Origin: Minisyncoccia bacterium
GTDB lineage: Bacteria; Patescibacteriota; Minisyncoccia; Phycocordibacterales; UBA918
Assembly: GCA_041742075.1 (NCBI GenBank)
Contig: JBGSJJ010000005.1
Coordinates: forward strand, 17,648-81,647
DNA length: 64,000 nucleotides
Direction of reading: 5' to 3'
Under the pieces are notes generated by a model that saw only the letters and a program-made list of their open reading frames with translations, did no database searches and had not been told where the DNA came from. Made by a program: the position numbers and the translations under genes. Each line of letters begins with the position of its first letter. Positions within the stretch are counted from its first letter, which is position 1. Shown one piece after another: positions 49,962 through 60,044 of this stretch.

Positions 49962-50486
49962 ATGCAAACACTTTTAAAACTCGGCTACTATCTACTGGCA
50001 CTGTCTGTGCTGGTCTTCGGTATGCTTTTAGTTTTGATTCAGACACAGGTTCTGTCGGGATATGAAGTGCGGATTGTGCAGTCAGGCTCAATGGAGCCGG
50101 CGCTTACTACTGGGAGTGTGGTACTGATACGGGAGCAAGCGAGCTATCTTGTGGGCGATATCATCACCTACGGTGATGAGCGTTCTGGCAGTCTACCAAC
50201 CACGCACCGTATCGTGGCTGACCAACTACAGGAAGGAAAGATTGCCTTTACTACCAAAGGTGATGCAAACGATAGTGAAGACCAGTCAGTTACGAGCCTT
50301 GAGTCTGTGCGCGGTAAAGTGATTTTAGACATACCATATCTCGGATATTTGCTCGATTTTGCCAGACAACCACTCGGGTTTGCGCTCCTTATCGGTGTGC
50401 CAGCCGGGCTGATTGTGTTTGAAGAAGTTGGGTCAATTTGGTCAGCGGTACGAAATCGTAAAGAAGACGAAATAGAAAAAGTATGA
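49962..50486 (+). CDS. sipW: SipW-type (ER-like, S26B) signal peptidase I
   Basis: VQSGSMEP, TTHRIV (Ser-His), TKGDAN and IPYLG motifs; adjacent to SipW-signal proteins. Confidence 0.9.
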   Translation: MQTLLKLGYYLLALSVLVFGMLLVLIQTQVLSGYEVRIVQSGSMEPALTTGSVVLIREQASYLVGDIITYGDERSGSLPTTHRIVADQLQEGKIAFTTKGDANDSEDQSVTSLESVRGKVILDIPYLGYLLDFARQPLGFALLIGVPAGLIVFEEVGSIWSAVRNRKEDEIEKV

Positions 50487-51328
50487 GGTATCAACCACTA
50501 CAACAAGTATGGCAAAAATCCATCACACTGATGGCGATTCTGGCTGTACTTGGTGTACCAGTGACGACGGAGAGCTTTTTCACGAACCTTGAGACGTCAA
50601 CTGCTCAGGGTTTTGTCGCGACTGAACTGATTCTTGAAACACCTGCACCTATCGCTCCAGTCACCGTTGGTCCGGGGGTGTCGCTTAGTGAAGTAAGGAT
50701 AGTTCCAATTCTCACCACTGAAGCCAGTACTGAGTCATTTTTTGAACTGACTAGTCAAGCAGTCAGTAGTGACGGTCTCTTTTGTGATGCGCTTAAGCTC
50801 AGCGCTTCATGGGAAGCTTTTTCAGTCAGTAGCCACCCAGACACTCTTGATTCGGCCAGTTTGACTGACTATGGTGACTGGCAACTGACGCTAGACTACG
50901 ACGTAACCCAACATGACTTCGAAACGGGGGCTACCTGCACTATTACGCTTTCGGTTGAAGCCTGGCAAGCCAGTATGTCGCAAGAAACCGCTGGGTATCG
51001 CGACACGACCGAGGTAGAACTTGTCGTGACCGCTGACATGTCGCTCGTGGATTCTTTGCATACTCTCGGTGCTCGCGCTTCGGTCGCTGGACTTCCACTG
51101 ACTCAGCTGAGTATCTTGCTTGATGAACCAGAAATAGTTGAAGTTGAGCCAGTTGAGGCGGGTATTCTAGAGCCAACAGTAGTTGAATCGCCAATTGTGG
51201 AGGAACCAGTCGAGCCTGCTCATGAAGACCTGCCGGAAGTAGAGGAAGTTGATGCACAGCCTGAGGAAGAAGTACCAGAAGCTGAAGCACCACCTGAACC
51301 AGAGCCTACACCTGAAGAAACATCATGA
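50483..51328 (+). CDS. Secreted protein with SipW-like signal (TapA-like accessory candidate) and acidic Pro/Glu tail
   Basis: TTESFFTNLETSTAQGFVA resembles the T.A.F.D.E.S..N.F.A pattern; overlaps sipW by 4 nt. Confidence 0.6.
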   Translation: MRYQPLQQVWQKSITLMAILAVLGVPVTTESFFTNLETSTAQGFVATELILETPAPIAPVTVGPGVSLSEVRIVPILTTEASTESFFELTSQAVSSDGLFCDALKLSASWEAFSVSSHPDTLDSASLTDYGDWQLTLDYDVTQHDFETGATCTITLSVEAWQASMSQETAGYRDTTEVELVVTADMSLVDSLHTLGARASVAGLPLTQLSILLDEPEIVEVEPVEAGILEPTVVESPIVEEPVEPAHEDLPEVEEVDAQPEEEVPEAEAPPEPEPTPEETS

Positions 51329-52380
51329 TAACTACTCTTAAAACAACCTGGGGAGGACTTTTCTGTGGGTTATTGCTATGGCTTATGCTTCCTGTAAGTG
51401 CGCTCGCGGCCGACTTGGCAGTCGTGTTTGAAGCGACGCCACTTTTTTCGAGCGCCAACATTGTACCCGGTGATAGTGTGAGTCGGACTATCGAAGTAAG
51501 TAATACCGGTACCGAAACGGAAGCTCTACTTCTGTCAGTGGCAAACACTTTCAGTAGTGGGTTGAGTGAGGTGATGTTACTTACGGTAACAAGTGGAAGT
51601 GATAGCTTTTTTGAGGGTACCTTTGTGGAGTTTTTTACCGCTACCCCGGTACCCCTGGGCGATATAGCTGATAGTTCTAGTCGTACCTACACCCTCACGG
51701 CTTCATTGCCAAGTGGGATAGGTAACGAATACCAGCTCGAAACGCTCGGCTTTGACCTCGTGATTGGTTTTGAAGGAGGTGAAACGGTGACGGATGGAGA
51801 GCCAGAAAGAAGTAGTGGTGGAGGCGGCGGAGGTGGTAGTTTTGACCTGTTTAATGAACGAGTAGTGGCGGTAGAACCAAGTACAGGAAGCGCGACAGTG
51901 ACGTGGAATACGAATCGGAACAGTTCCTCATATCTGATTTGTGGCAACCTTGAGGACGGACCGTTTTCCCTTAGTACCAACCCTCCGCTTTTTGGATACG
52001 TGTTTAGTGTGCCAGAAGAAGATACCGATACCGTCTCACACAGTATGACGCTGACTGATTTGGCGCTTGGTAGCTATGAGTGTCGGCCGGCTAGTCGAGA
52101 GGAATCAATTGATGATTTTACCGTAGGGCGAGTCGTAGAGTTTGACTTCACAAGCAATTTTGTCCCGGTTGGTTCAGTCTTAGGGGTCGGAACGACCTCG
52201 GGTGTGGATGTAGTACCTATGCCTGACGTTAAGGGAGCACAAGTATCCCTCTTACCTGATGGTGGACTTAACCTTGGTTTTGGCTACGTACCATATCGCA
52301 CACTGGTTCCGGTCGGTGTGGGCCTACTCTTAGTAGTGATTCTTTTAGTCTACTTACGTCGTTTCGTCAGAAGGAGCTAG
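51325..52380 (+). CDS. Surface protein with TasA-like N-terminal segment, Fn3-like segment and putative sorting signal
   Basis: NIVPGDSVSRTIEVSNTG; ATVTWNTN; GAQVSLLPDGGLNLGFG followed by TM and RR. Confidence 0.65.
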   Translation: MITTLKTTWGGLFCGLLLWLMLPVSALAADLAVVFEATPLFSSANIVPGDSVSRTIEVSNTGTETEALLLSVANTFSSGLSEVMLLTVTSGSDSFFEGTFVEFFTATPVPLGDIADSSSRTYTLTASLPSGIGNEYQLETLGFDLVIGFEGGETVTDGEPERSSGGGGGGGSFDLFNERVVAVEPSTGSATVTWNTNRNSSSYLICGNLEDGPFSLSTNPPLFGYVFSVPEEDTDTVSHSMTLTDLALGSYECRPASREESIDDFTVGRVVEFDFTSNFVPVGSVLGVGTTSGVDVVPMPDVKGAQVSLLPDGGLNLGFGYVPYRTLVPVGVGLLLVVILLVYLRRFVRRS

Positions 52381-52533
52381 TAAGCAATTTGACAAGATTG
52401 TAAATATACGGTTATTCACAACTGTGGATAATTATTGACAAGACAATAAAACTCCATTGCGGTATATACTTACCGTATGTGAGACTTTTATAAGTCACAT
52501 TTTATATAAATAGTAGATAAATGAATTAGAGTT

Positions 52534-54108
52534 ATGAATTATAAAATAGTAGAACAAACTGCCAAGAACACCCTCGTGATTTTGGCAACCCTCGCACTCC
52601 TTACTAGTGCGTTCCCGGCGTCTTTAGCGTCAGCTCAAGTTGTTTTAGACGAACCAGAGTGTTTAATTGAAACACCAAACTTGATTGATAATGGTGGTTT
52701 TGAAGACCCTAATGTCACTGATGCAGCAGGTTGGGACATTTTTGACGAATCAGAAACAAACTGGAATGTAGAATGGATAAATGGTGGTGAAAGTGCTCCA
52801 GATCCAGAACTTGAAATCCATAAGGGCTCTGTATTTGGTTGGGGAGTAGAAGAAGGTGAGCAGTATGCTGAACTTGATAGTGACTTTGACGGTCCAGCTG
52901 GTTCAATCCAAGATGAACCAGCTTCACTTGAAATCTCTCAGAAAGTAGCAGTTGAAGAAGGAGCAACGTATAAGTTGTCATGGCTTTTCTCAGCTCGGCC
53001 AGATACTGGAGAAAGTGATAATGAACTAAATGTAGAAGTTGCACTTGGCGATGGAAATGTAAATACAACCAATAGTGCAAATGGAGGTTCTGATACAGAT
53101 TGGACGGCTGATTATCTTGTTTTTGAAGCAGATACAGAGAACATCGTCGTTTCATTCACTGATGAAGGAACACCAAACTCTCGCGGAACATTCCTCGATG
53201 GTGTGTCGCTTTGTAAGGTAGCAGAACCAGAAACTTCAACTGTAGACTTAACTGTCTGTAAGCTTGATACGCAAGAAGCAGGAGTAGAAGGTTGGGAATT
53301 TGAAGTTACCAACGATTCTGACTCAGAAGGTGGTTCATTTATTGTGACGACTGGTGAAGACGGGTGTGTTACGACACAAGTAGATCCAGAATTTGGTCCA
53401 TGGTATGTGTATGAAGTTGAACAGGAAGGATGGGTGTATGTAAATCATAGTGCTGATTTTGGTGAGGCGATTGATGTGCAGGGGAACAATGCCTGTCGAT
53501 TCTTCAATCGAGAAATAATCGATGAACAACTAACTACTAGATTAGTTAAGGTACTAGATACTGCTCCAGAGCTAAACTGCACGTTTGTAAATGAGCGCGA
53601 GCCAGAAGAAGGGAATGATGACCTTACCTGTTCACTTACAACAAGCGAAGACTCAGTCAGTAGTGGCGAAGAATTTACCCTTACTTGGGAGACTACAAAT
53701 GCTTCAAACGTATCAATCACTAACTTAGGCGATGTAGCGGTAGATGGTTCAGCTGAAACTACAATCGATACTGACACAACCTTTACACTTATCGCTAGCC
53801 GTTTTGTTGGAGAAGAAGAGACTGAAGAAACTGTACAATGTAGTGTAGAAGTCGACCGTCAATCAGGCGGCGGAGGTGGGGGAACACGAGTTAATCGTGA
53901 CGAACCAGAAGAAGATGAGGAGCCAGAGCCTGAAGTCTTGGGTGACAGTACTTCAATTCCACAAGGCGTAGTACTCGGTGACCAAATTTCAGCCGTACCA
54001 CTTGGTGCAGCTTCAACGGGAGCTGGTGGAACTTCACCAGTAGCACCAGTACAGCCGTATCTCGCTGCTTTGGCTATCAATGCAGTTCGAGTTGGAAAAG
54101 TGAAATAA
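52534..54108 (+). CDS. Acidic surface protein (DUF642-like, SpaA-like, Ig-like), putative sortase substrate
   Basis: Modules paralogous to those of 42214-46761; C-terminal GDQISAVPLGAASTGAGG. Confidence 0.78.
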   Translation: MNYKIVEQTAKNTLVILATLALLTSAFPASLASAQVVLDEPECLIETPNLIDNGGFEDPNVTDAAGWDIFDESETNWNVEWINGGESAPDPELEIHKGSVFGWGVEEGEQYAELDSDFDGPAGSIQDEPASLEISQKVAVEEGATYKLSWLFSARPDTGESDNELNVEVALGDGNVNTTNSANGGSDTDWTADYLVFEADTENIVVSFTDEGTPNSRGTFLDGVSLCKVAEPETSTVDLTVCKLDTQEAGVEGWEFEVTNDSDSEGGSFIVTTGEDGCVTTQVDPEFGPWYVYEVEQEGWVYVNHSADFGEAIDVQGNNACRFFNREIIDEQLTTRLVKVLDTAPELNCTFVNEREPEEGNDDLTCSLTTSEDSVSSGEEFTLTWETTNASNVSITNLGDVAVDGSAETTIDTDTTFTLIASRFVGEEETEETVQCSVEVDRQSGGGGGGTRVNRDEPEEDEEPEPEVLGDSTSIPQGVVLGDQISAVPLGAASTGAGGTSPVAPVQPYLAALAINAVRVGKVK

Positions 54109-54126
54109 TTACTTAGTTCAGGAAAC

Positions 54127-54158
54127 AAAACCGCGCGACTTTTAGTCGCGCGGTTTTC
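54127..54158 (+). terminator. Intrinsic terminator
   Basis: AAAACCGCGCGACT-TTT-AGTCGCGCGGTTTT. Confidence 0.75.
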
Positions 54159-54214
54159 GTCTATGCTCACCCCTTAGTACACTCCGAACTAAAAGAATGA
54201 TAATCTAAAGCGTA

Positions 54215-55213
54215 ATGAATACAGTTGCTACAAGTATTACTCCTGTTTTTTCTCACGAAACAGCCGGCAAGATTATGGCTACTCAGGTGCCGGTATTTTT
54301 AGTTTCGGAATCGCTCTCACACGTAGAAGAAGTTTTACGTAAGGATGCGCTTACGTTCAAAACAATCAACTATATTTACTTTGTTGATGAGGCCAGAAAG
54401 CTGGTTGGCGTGCTCTCAATTAAAGAGTTGCTATGCTGTAGTGACACGTATACGGTAGAGCAAATAACTACTAAAAAAATTTTTAGTGTTACCGCTGATA
54501 CCGACCAAGAACATATTGCGTTTCTCGCCCTGAAGCATAGTATCAAGGCGGTGCCTGTAGTTGATGATTCTGGTGTGTTTCTTGGAGTAGTGTCTTCAGA
54601 TACCATTCTTTCCATTCTTCATAGTGAGTCAATTGAAGACGCCCTGCATCATACGGGAACAGTGATTTTTGAAGACCCACTCGCGAGTCTCCGAACTGGT
54701 TCGGCTTGGCTTCACTTTAAGAAGCGAATCCCGTGGCTCATTATGGGCTTGGGTGGAGGAATTGGAGCCGCACTCGTCATTGAGGCCTTTGAGTCAACCC
54801 TAGAACAATTACTTATTTTGGCTACGTTTATTCCGCTTGTTGTCTATATGGCTGATGCGGTTGGCTCTCAGTCACAGACCATTTTTATTCGTTCACTCGC
54901 TCTCCCCGACACGCTGAGTATACGAGGCTATATCTTCCGAGAGCTAAAAGTAACTGCCATGATTGCCCTGTCACTCAGCGCTATTATGTTTATCGTGCTA
55001 TCGCTTTGGTTTGCATCATTTTTGGTAGGGACTATTGTCGCACTGACTATTTTATGTGGCGTGAGTGTGTCTGTGCTGATTGCGATGACCTTGCCGTATA
55101 CGTTTAAAAAGTTTAACTTTGACCCAGCACTTGCCAGTGGTCCTTTTGCAACGGTACTGTGTGACACTTCAAGCCTCCTCATCTATTTTTGTATTGCTAG
55201 TCTGATCTTATAG
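54215..55213 (+). CDS. mgtE: MgtE-family transporter (CBS plus TM, no N-domain)
   Basis: TAGKIM, KRIPWL, AVGSQSQT and DPALASGPFATVLCD motifs. Confidence 0.85.
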   Translation: MNTVATSITPVFSHETAGKIMATQVPVFLVSESLSHVEEVLRKDALTFKTINYIYFVDEARKLVGVLSIKELLCCSDTYTVEQITTKKIFSVTADTDQEHIAFLALKHSIKAVPVVDDSGVFLGVVSSDTILSILHSESIEDALHHTGTVIFEDPLASLRTGSAWLHFKKRIPWLIMGLGGGIGAALVIEAFESTLEQLLILATFIPLVVYMADAVGSQSQTIFIRSLALPDTLSIRGYIFRELKVTAMIALSLSAIMFIVLSLWFASFLVGTIVALTILCGVSVSVLIAMTLPYTFKKFNFDPALASGPFATVLCDTSSLLIYFCIASLIL

Positions 55214-55267
55214 CTCAAAATTCGACTCATTTATAATTACCCGTGAATCTGCTATGGTAGTAGTATT

Positions 55268-55945
55268 ATGAAGAAAGCGGGTATACAGACCGAAGGGAAC
55301 CAGAGTACACGATGGCTGTTTGCTAAACTAGCAGTATTTTTGGTAGTTTTTCTCGCGCTAATGCTTTTTTTGAAAGTCTCTTCAACTGAGGCACCGGCAC
55401 CAGATACCATAGAAGAGTCGGTTACCGCAAGTACAACAATTCAAGGTACGATTCTTTCAGAATCGAGTCCTAACCGACTCCGTATTCCGAAGGTTAATAT
55501 TGATACTACTTTTGAAAAAGCACTCGGACTCAATGAAGACAAAACGGTTGAAGTACCCGTTGGGTATGAGCAGGTTGGGTGGTACAAGTTTGGGCCGACG
55601 CCAGGGGAGCTTGGGCCGGCAGTGATTCTTGGTCATGTTGATTCAGTTGATGGTCCGGCGGTTTTTTGGTCACTGGGGCAACTGACTGCTGGCGACGAGA
55701 TTTTTATTGACCGTGAGGACGGTAGTACAGCTCGTTTTGTGGTGACTGAACTTAAAAAAGTATCGCAAAATGATTTCCCGAGTCAAGTAGTGTATGGCGA
55801 CATTGATCACGCTGGACTCAGACTCATTACGTGTAGTGGAACGTTTAATCGGGGTGCCCAGCGCTATAGCCATAACCTAATTGTGTTTGCCAAGCTCGCT
55901 GAGGAACCAACCGGCGAAGAAGAAACCGAAGCAGAAACTCTCTAG
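55268..55945 (+). CDS. Class F sortase
   Basis: N-terminal TM; GWY..GPTPGELGPAVILGHVD, LRLITCSG and RYSHNLIVFA (His-Cys active site). Confidence 0.9.
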   Translation: MKKAGIQTEGNQSTRWLFAKLAVFLVVFLALMLFLKVSSTEAPAPDTIEESVTASTTIQGTILSESSPNRLRIPKVNIDTTFEKALGLNEDKTVEVPVGYEQVGWYKFGPTPGELGPAVILGHVDSVDGPAVFWSLGQLTAGDEIFIDREDGSTARFVVTELKKVSQNDFPSQVVYGDIDHAGLRLITCSGTFNRGAQRYSHNLIVFAKLAEEPTGEEETEAETL

Positions 55946-56021
55946 AGCGATACTTGTTCTGTAGAAAGAAGTAGTTTTACTACGGAGTGGTAGGGTATAC
56001 TGAGATAAACGTTGTAAAACA

Positions 56022-56050
56022 TTGACTTTTTCACGTAAACATGCTATAAT
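56022..56050 (+). promoter_or_regulatory. Sigma70 promoter giving a leaderless mRNA
   Basis: TTGACT-N17-TATAAT with TG extension; ATG 6 nt downstream. Confidence 0.7.
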
Positions 56051-56056
56051 ATACAT

Positions 56057-57391
56057 ATGATTAATTGGCTTAAAAACTTTTTTATACCAAACGAAGCTAA
56101 TAGCTTCGCTCCGCATAGTCTCCAAAAAAAAGCCGTCGTAGCCATGACTTTCTTGGTGTTTTTGTCTTTTCTGGGCACCAACTTGCAGTCACTTTTGTGG
56201 ACCAGTTCTAACTGGATGATAGGTACCGTTTTACCAGCAGTTATTGTAGAACTCACGAATGACGAGCGCTCTGACGCATCACTCACACCACTCCGTAGAA
56301 GTAGTGTGCTCGATGAAGCGGCCCGCCTCAAAGCACTTGATATGGCGAAGAATGAGTACTTCTCACACTATAGCCCAACCGGAGTCTCCCCATGGCACTG
56401 GTTCGCGCAAGCTGACTATAGCTTTGTGCATGCTGGAGAAAACCTCGCTATTCACTTTACTGACTCAGGTGAAGTTGTTGACGCGTGGATGAACTCACCG
56501 ACCCACCGAGAAAACATCATGAATGGTAACTATCGTGAGATAGGAGTTGGAACTGCTGAGGGTTCATATCAGGGGTACAAAACAGTGTATGTTGTACAAC
56601 TATTTGGTACGCCGTCAGCTGAACCGGCGGTAGCGGCGGCAACCGCCCCCGCACCAGCTCCAATTGTGCCGGTAGCACCTCCGGTAGTTGAAGAAGTACC
56701 CGCGTCTGATGACGTAGCATCTGAAGCCGTTAGTCTAACTGAAGAGGTGGTGCTTGTACCGGCTGAACCAGTTGAGGTAACGACCACAACGCTGGTACGG
56801 CAGTTTTCGCTTGAAGACATTGTCTCAATAGAGTCTGAATGGATTGATCCAAACCCTGACCTGGCTGATGAAGAGTATACGAGTTACAACGTAACGCTCA
56901 CGGACGGAGAAGTAGTGACCTTTGAACTCTATGGTATGGAAACGCAGGGTAGCCAAGAACAACGTTTCCAAGCAGCGGGCTATGTAGGCAACATCGAAGC
57001 GTTTTTTGCTCTCGCGAGTGGTTCTGAGACTGAAGTTGTAGTCGACACGACATTGGCAGGAGTAGAAACAACTGAAACTGGTATTGTGATGTATTCAGAT
57101 CACCTTTCAACCACCACCGGTGGCGTACCAGCTACAATTGGTTCAGACTTTAATACAGCTGGTGATACGGTGCCGTATGCGTACCAGCTCGCGACCCAAC
57201 CAAACACGGTGTTGCAGATTCTCTATACTATTATTGCGCTCTTTGTGATTGGTGCCCTGACCACCTCAGTACTCGTCGAAATGCGCAAGCAACAACCAGT
57301 TCAGATAGCCTATAGTCTCTCGTTGCTCGTGGTGATGGCCGGACTGTGGTCTCTCCATATCTTTGTCACTGCTGGGGTGTTGATAGCGTAA
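56057..57391 (+). CDS. CAP/SCP domain membrane protein
   Basis: LTNDER, YFSHYSP, AGENLA and AWMNSPTHRENI motifs; C-terminal TMs. Confidence 0.88.
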   Translation: MINWLKNFFIPNEANSFAPHSLQKKAVVAMTFLVFLSFLGTNLQSLLWTSSNWMIGTVLPAVIVELTNDERSDASLTPLRRSSVLDEAARLKALDMAKNEYFSHYSPTGVSPWHWFAQADYSFVHAGENLAIHFTDSGEVVDAWMNSPTHRENIMNGNYREIGVGTAEGSYQGYKTVYVVQLFGTPSAEPAVAAATAPAPAPIVPVAPPVVEEVPASDDVASEAVSLTEEVVLVPAEPVEVTTTTLVRQFSLEDIVSIESEWIDPNPDLADEEYTSYNVTLTDGEVVTFELYGMETQGSQEQRFQAAGYVGNIEAFFALASGSETEVVVDTTLAGVETTETGIVMYSDHLSTTTGGVPATIGSDFNTAGDTVPYAYQLATQPNTVLQILYTIIALFVIGALTTSVLVEMRKQQPVQIAYSLSLLVVMAGLWSLHIFVTAGVLIA

Positions 57392-57470
57392 CACTTCACT
57401 CTACACACAAAACGAGCGCTTCGGCGCTCGTTTTGCGTGTAGGTACTCATGCGGGGTATACTACTTGCTA

Positions 57471-57923
57471 ATGAAACAAACCCAGTCAGACTTAAAAGTG
57501 GTGGAGGTTCACCAGGCAGACGTTTCGACGACTGAACGGCAAAGAGTTGCGCTATTTTCGTCGCGTCCGCAAGCTGGCTTTCCATCACCGGGGGATGATC
57601 AAGTGGAGCGTGTGCTTGATATCAATGACTTAGTGGTAAAACACCCCGCCAGCACGTTCTTTGTCCGGGTGTCGGGTGATTCTATGGAGGGAGCAGGTAT
57701 ATTTCATAACGACGTACTGGTGGTTGATCGTGCTATAGAGCACAGTGATGGAAAAATAGTGGTGGCAGCCGTGAATGGAGAGCTGGTGGTCAAACGGCTT
57801 TCGAGCCAGCGTGGTATTCTGATGCTTCTGTCTGAAAACCCTTCATATGCTCCGATTAAGGTAAGTGAAGAAGAGGAATGTTTTGTGTGGGGTGTAGTAG
57901 TTGGGAGTGTCCGACAGTTTTAG
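57471..57923 (+). CDS. umuD: UmuD-like S24 autopeptidase
   Basis: AGFPSP cleavage site, VSGDSM, VVKRL and WGVV motifs; no DNA-binding domain. Confidence 0.9.
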   Translation: MKQTQSDLKVVEVHQADVSTTERQRVALFSSRPQAGFPSPGDDQVERVLDINDLVVKHPASTFFVRVSGDSMEGAGIFHNDVLVVDRAIEHSDGKIVVAAVNGELVVKRLSSQRGILMLLSENPSYAPIKVSEEEECFVWGVVVGSVRQF

Positions 57924-58079
57924 TGGTAACTGACTTAGAATCAAATCTTTTTATAGTTGGTGTACACTCACCTGAATCTGTTGTTTAGTTACTACACCAT
58001 TCTATACAGAGCACTATATCTCGAAAAAATACTCCATGGTAAAGTGTAAGAAGTTATAAGTAACAACGTCTAAGGAAAC

Positions 58080-59417
58080 ATGAGTACGCAAACTAAGGCG
58101 CTGGCACGTTCGCGTGTTGCCACTGAGGGATTATTCGTTTTACTACTAATGAGTGTGTTATTTGCTTTGTTGCCACTTTCCGCTTCTGCTATTTCTATCA
58201 AAGACTATAACAAACAAAAAGAAAGTGCTTCAGAAACGGTAGACAAGAGTGATGAAGATGAGCAGGACGATGAAGAGGATAGCACCTCGTCAAGTCGCTC
58301 AAGTAGCGAACTTGAGGTAGCTGGCTGGCTTCCGTGGTGGACTGACACAGAAGGATTAAAGAGTGCTACCCGCCAGATAAAGACCCTTGATACCGTGTAT
58401 CCGTTTGTGTTTGAAGTGGAAGGGATGAACGCTGAGATAGCTGATAAAGCTAATCTCGATGAGCGACACTGGAAAAACTTCTTTAAGCTTGCTAAGAAAG
58501 AGGATGTAGAGATAATCCCTTCAATTGCCTGGTTTGATGGCGTGCAAATTGATTACATTTTGAGTGATAAGAAACGACGCACGGCCCATATTAAGGAAAT
58601 TGTAGAAATTGTTGAGGATGGCGACTTTGATGGTATCAACATCGACTACGAGCAGAAGCAACCAAAGACAATCAATCATTTCTCTACCTTTTTGAAGGAA
58701 TTACGGGCTGAACTAGACGGAAAGCTCCTTACCTGCGCGATTGAGGCCAGGACACCAGCCAAGGACCTCTATAAAGTGGTACCGAAGCCTCTTACCTACG
58801 CCAACGACTACAAAGCGATAGCGAAGTACTGTGACCGGATTGAGCTCATGACCTACGACCAGCAACGAGCTGACCTTACTCTAAATGCTAAGCGAACCGG
58901 CCTCCCGTATGCACCCAATGCTGACAAGGAGTGGGTAGAAAAAGTGGTCAAATTGGCCCTTGAAGATTTCCCTGAAGATAAGGTACTGCTTGGGGTACCA
59001 ACCTATGGTCGCGCTTGGGACGTTACGGTAGCTCCAGACTGGTTTAGAGACTATAAGTCGATAGCAGCGCTCAATCATCCGCGCATTCTTGAGCTTTCTA
59101 AGAGTGTGTACAAGGTACCAATTGGACGCAGTGTAGGTGGTGAGGCTGTCCTGAGCTATTTCCCTGAAGATTCAGCATTTAAGATACTCAATGCCCTCCC
59201 AACTCCAGCGGGTACTCCAAAAGGATATGAAGCAGCCGCTAAGGCACTTCTCTTCAGTAACATGACCAAGATGGAGGTTTCAGTTCGCTTTATCACTCAC
59301 GGAGATGCAATTGCCGCGGAAGATAAACTTAAAATGGCTGAAAAGTATGACCTCCGTGGTGTCGCTTTCTTCAAGATTGACGGTGAGGAGGATCAAGACA
59401 TTTGGGATTTGTTCTAA
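58080..59417 (+). CDS. Secreted glycoside hydrolase family 18 protein
   Basis: [10 protein letters not shown] (DxxDxDxE), LMTYD and LGVPTYG motifs. Confidence 0.88.
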   Translation: MSTQTKALARSRVATEGLFVLLLMSVLFALLPLSASAISIKDYNKQKESASETVDKSDEDEQDDEEDSTSSSRSSSELEVAGWLPWWTDTEGLKSATRQIKTLDTVYPFVFEVEGMNAEIADKANLDERHWKNFFKLAKKEDVEIIPSIAWFDGVQIDYILSDKKRRTAHIKEIVEIVEDGDFDGINIDYEQKQPKTINHFSTFLKELRAELDGKLLTCAIEARTPAKDLYKVVPKPLTYANDYKAIAKYCDRIELMTYDQQRADLTLNAKRTGLPYAPNADKEWVEKVVKLALEDFPEDKVLLGVPTYGRAWDVTVAPDWFRDYKSIAALNHPRILELSKSVYKVPIGRSVGGEAVLSYFPEDSAFKILNALPTPAGTPKGYEAAAKALLFSNMTKMEVSVRFITHGDAIAAEDKLKMAEKYDLRGVAFFKIDGEEDQDIWDLF

Positions 59418-59453
59418 CCTAAACTCCCACTTTAACTAAACAGAGGCCGTCCC

Positions 59454-59972
59454 TTAGGGGACGGCCTCGAGTCGTTTCAGTCCGACTAGTGTGTTTGTGT
59501 CCATGTCCCACTCAATGTCGCTCGTTTCATGCACCTCCTTTAGAGAAATTACTCCAGCACTTGCTTCCAAATGATACATGAGGAGTATTTTGGTAAAACT
59601 TAGATATACAGCAGTGTCTACAACTAAGCGTAGCTTTCTCACAGGGTATCTACCGAGCGCAGTTAAAAATATGTACTTCCATATTTCGTCTCGATACGTA
59701 CCACTAAACACATACATGAGCATAGCAAGTGGTACCAGTGGTGCCGGTACTGAACATCTGAAACTCAGGCTTGGTTCGAGCATCTTTGGGGTTTTTTTGA
59801 CGTTGTACCAACGACCACCCTCTATGAGAGTCAGAAAAAGGTTCTCTCTGCTATATAAATCTTCAAGTTCTAGTAACTTTATTGGGTTAAGCAATTTGGT
59901 TTTGAAAACGCTATCATCAAACCCAGCTTTCGTGACAAGTTCTTGGAACGTCGGAGGATTGCTTTCAAACAT
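59454..59972 (-). CDS. Orphan protein with strong SD (likely start 59972)
   Basis: AAAGGGAG 7 nt upstream of the ATG; no family recognised. Confidence 0.55.
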   Translation of the reverse strand: MFESNPPTFQELVTKAGFDDSVFKTKLLNPIKLLELEDLYSRENLFLTLIEGGRWYNVKKTPKMLEPSLSFRCSVPAPLVPLAMLMYVFSGTYRDEIWKYIFLTALGRYPVRKLRLVVDTAVYLSFTKILLMYHLEASAGVISLKEVHETSDIEWDMDTNTLVGLKRLEAVP

Positions 59973-60044
59973 CACAGGGCTCCCTTTGGTACTGTTTTCA
60001 CAGCTAGTAAACTTCATGTCATACTACTTGTCAATGCAACCTGT

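Noticed and set aside
59943-60044. N-terminal extension of umuC from the ORF track
   Set aside because: The family begins at MIGILDCNNF (60045); the extension overlaps the divergent orphan and its SD
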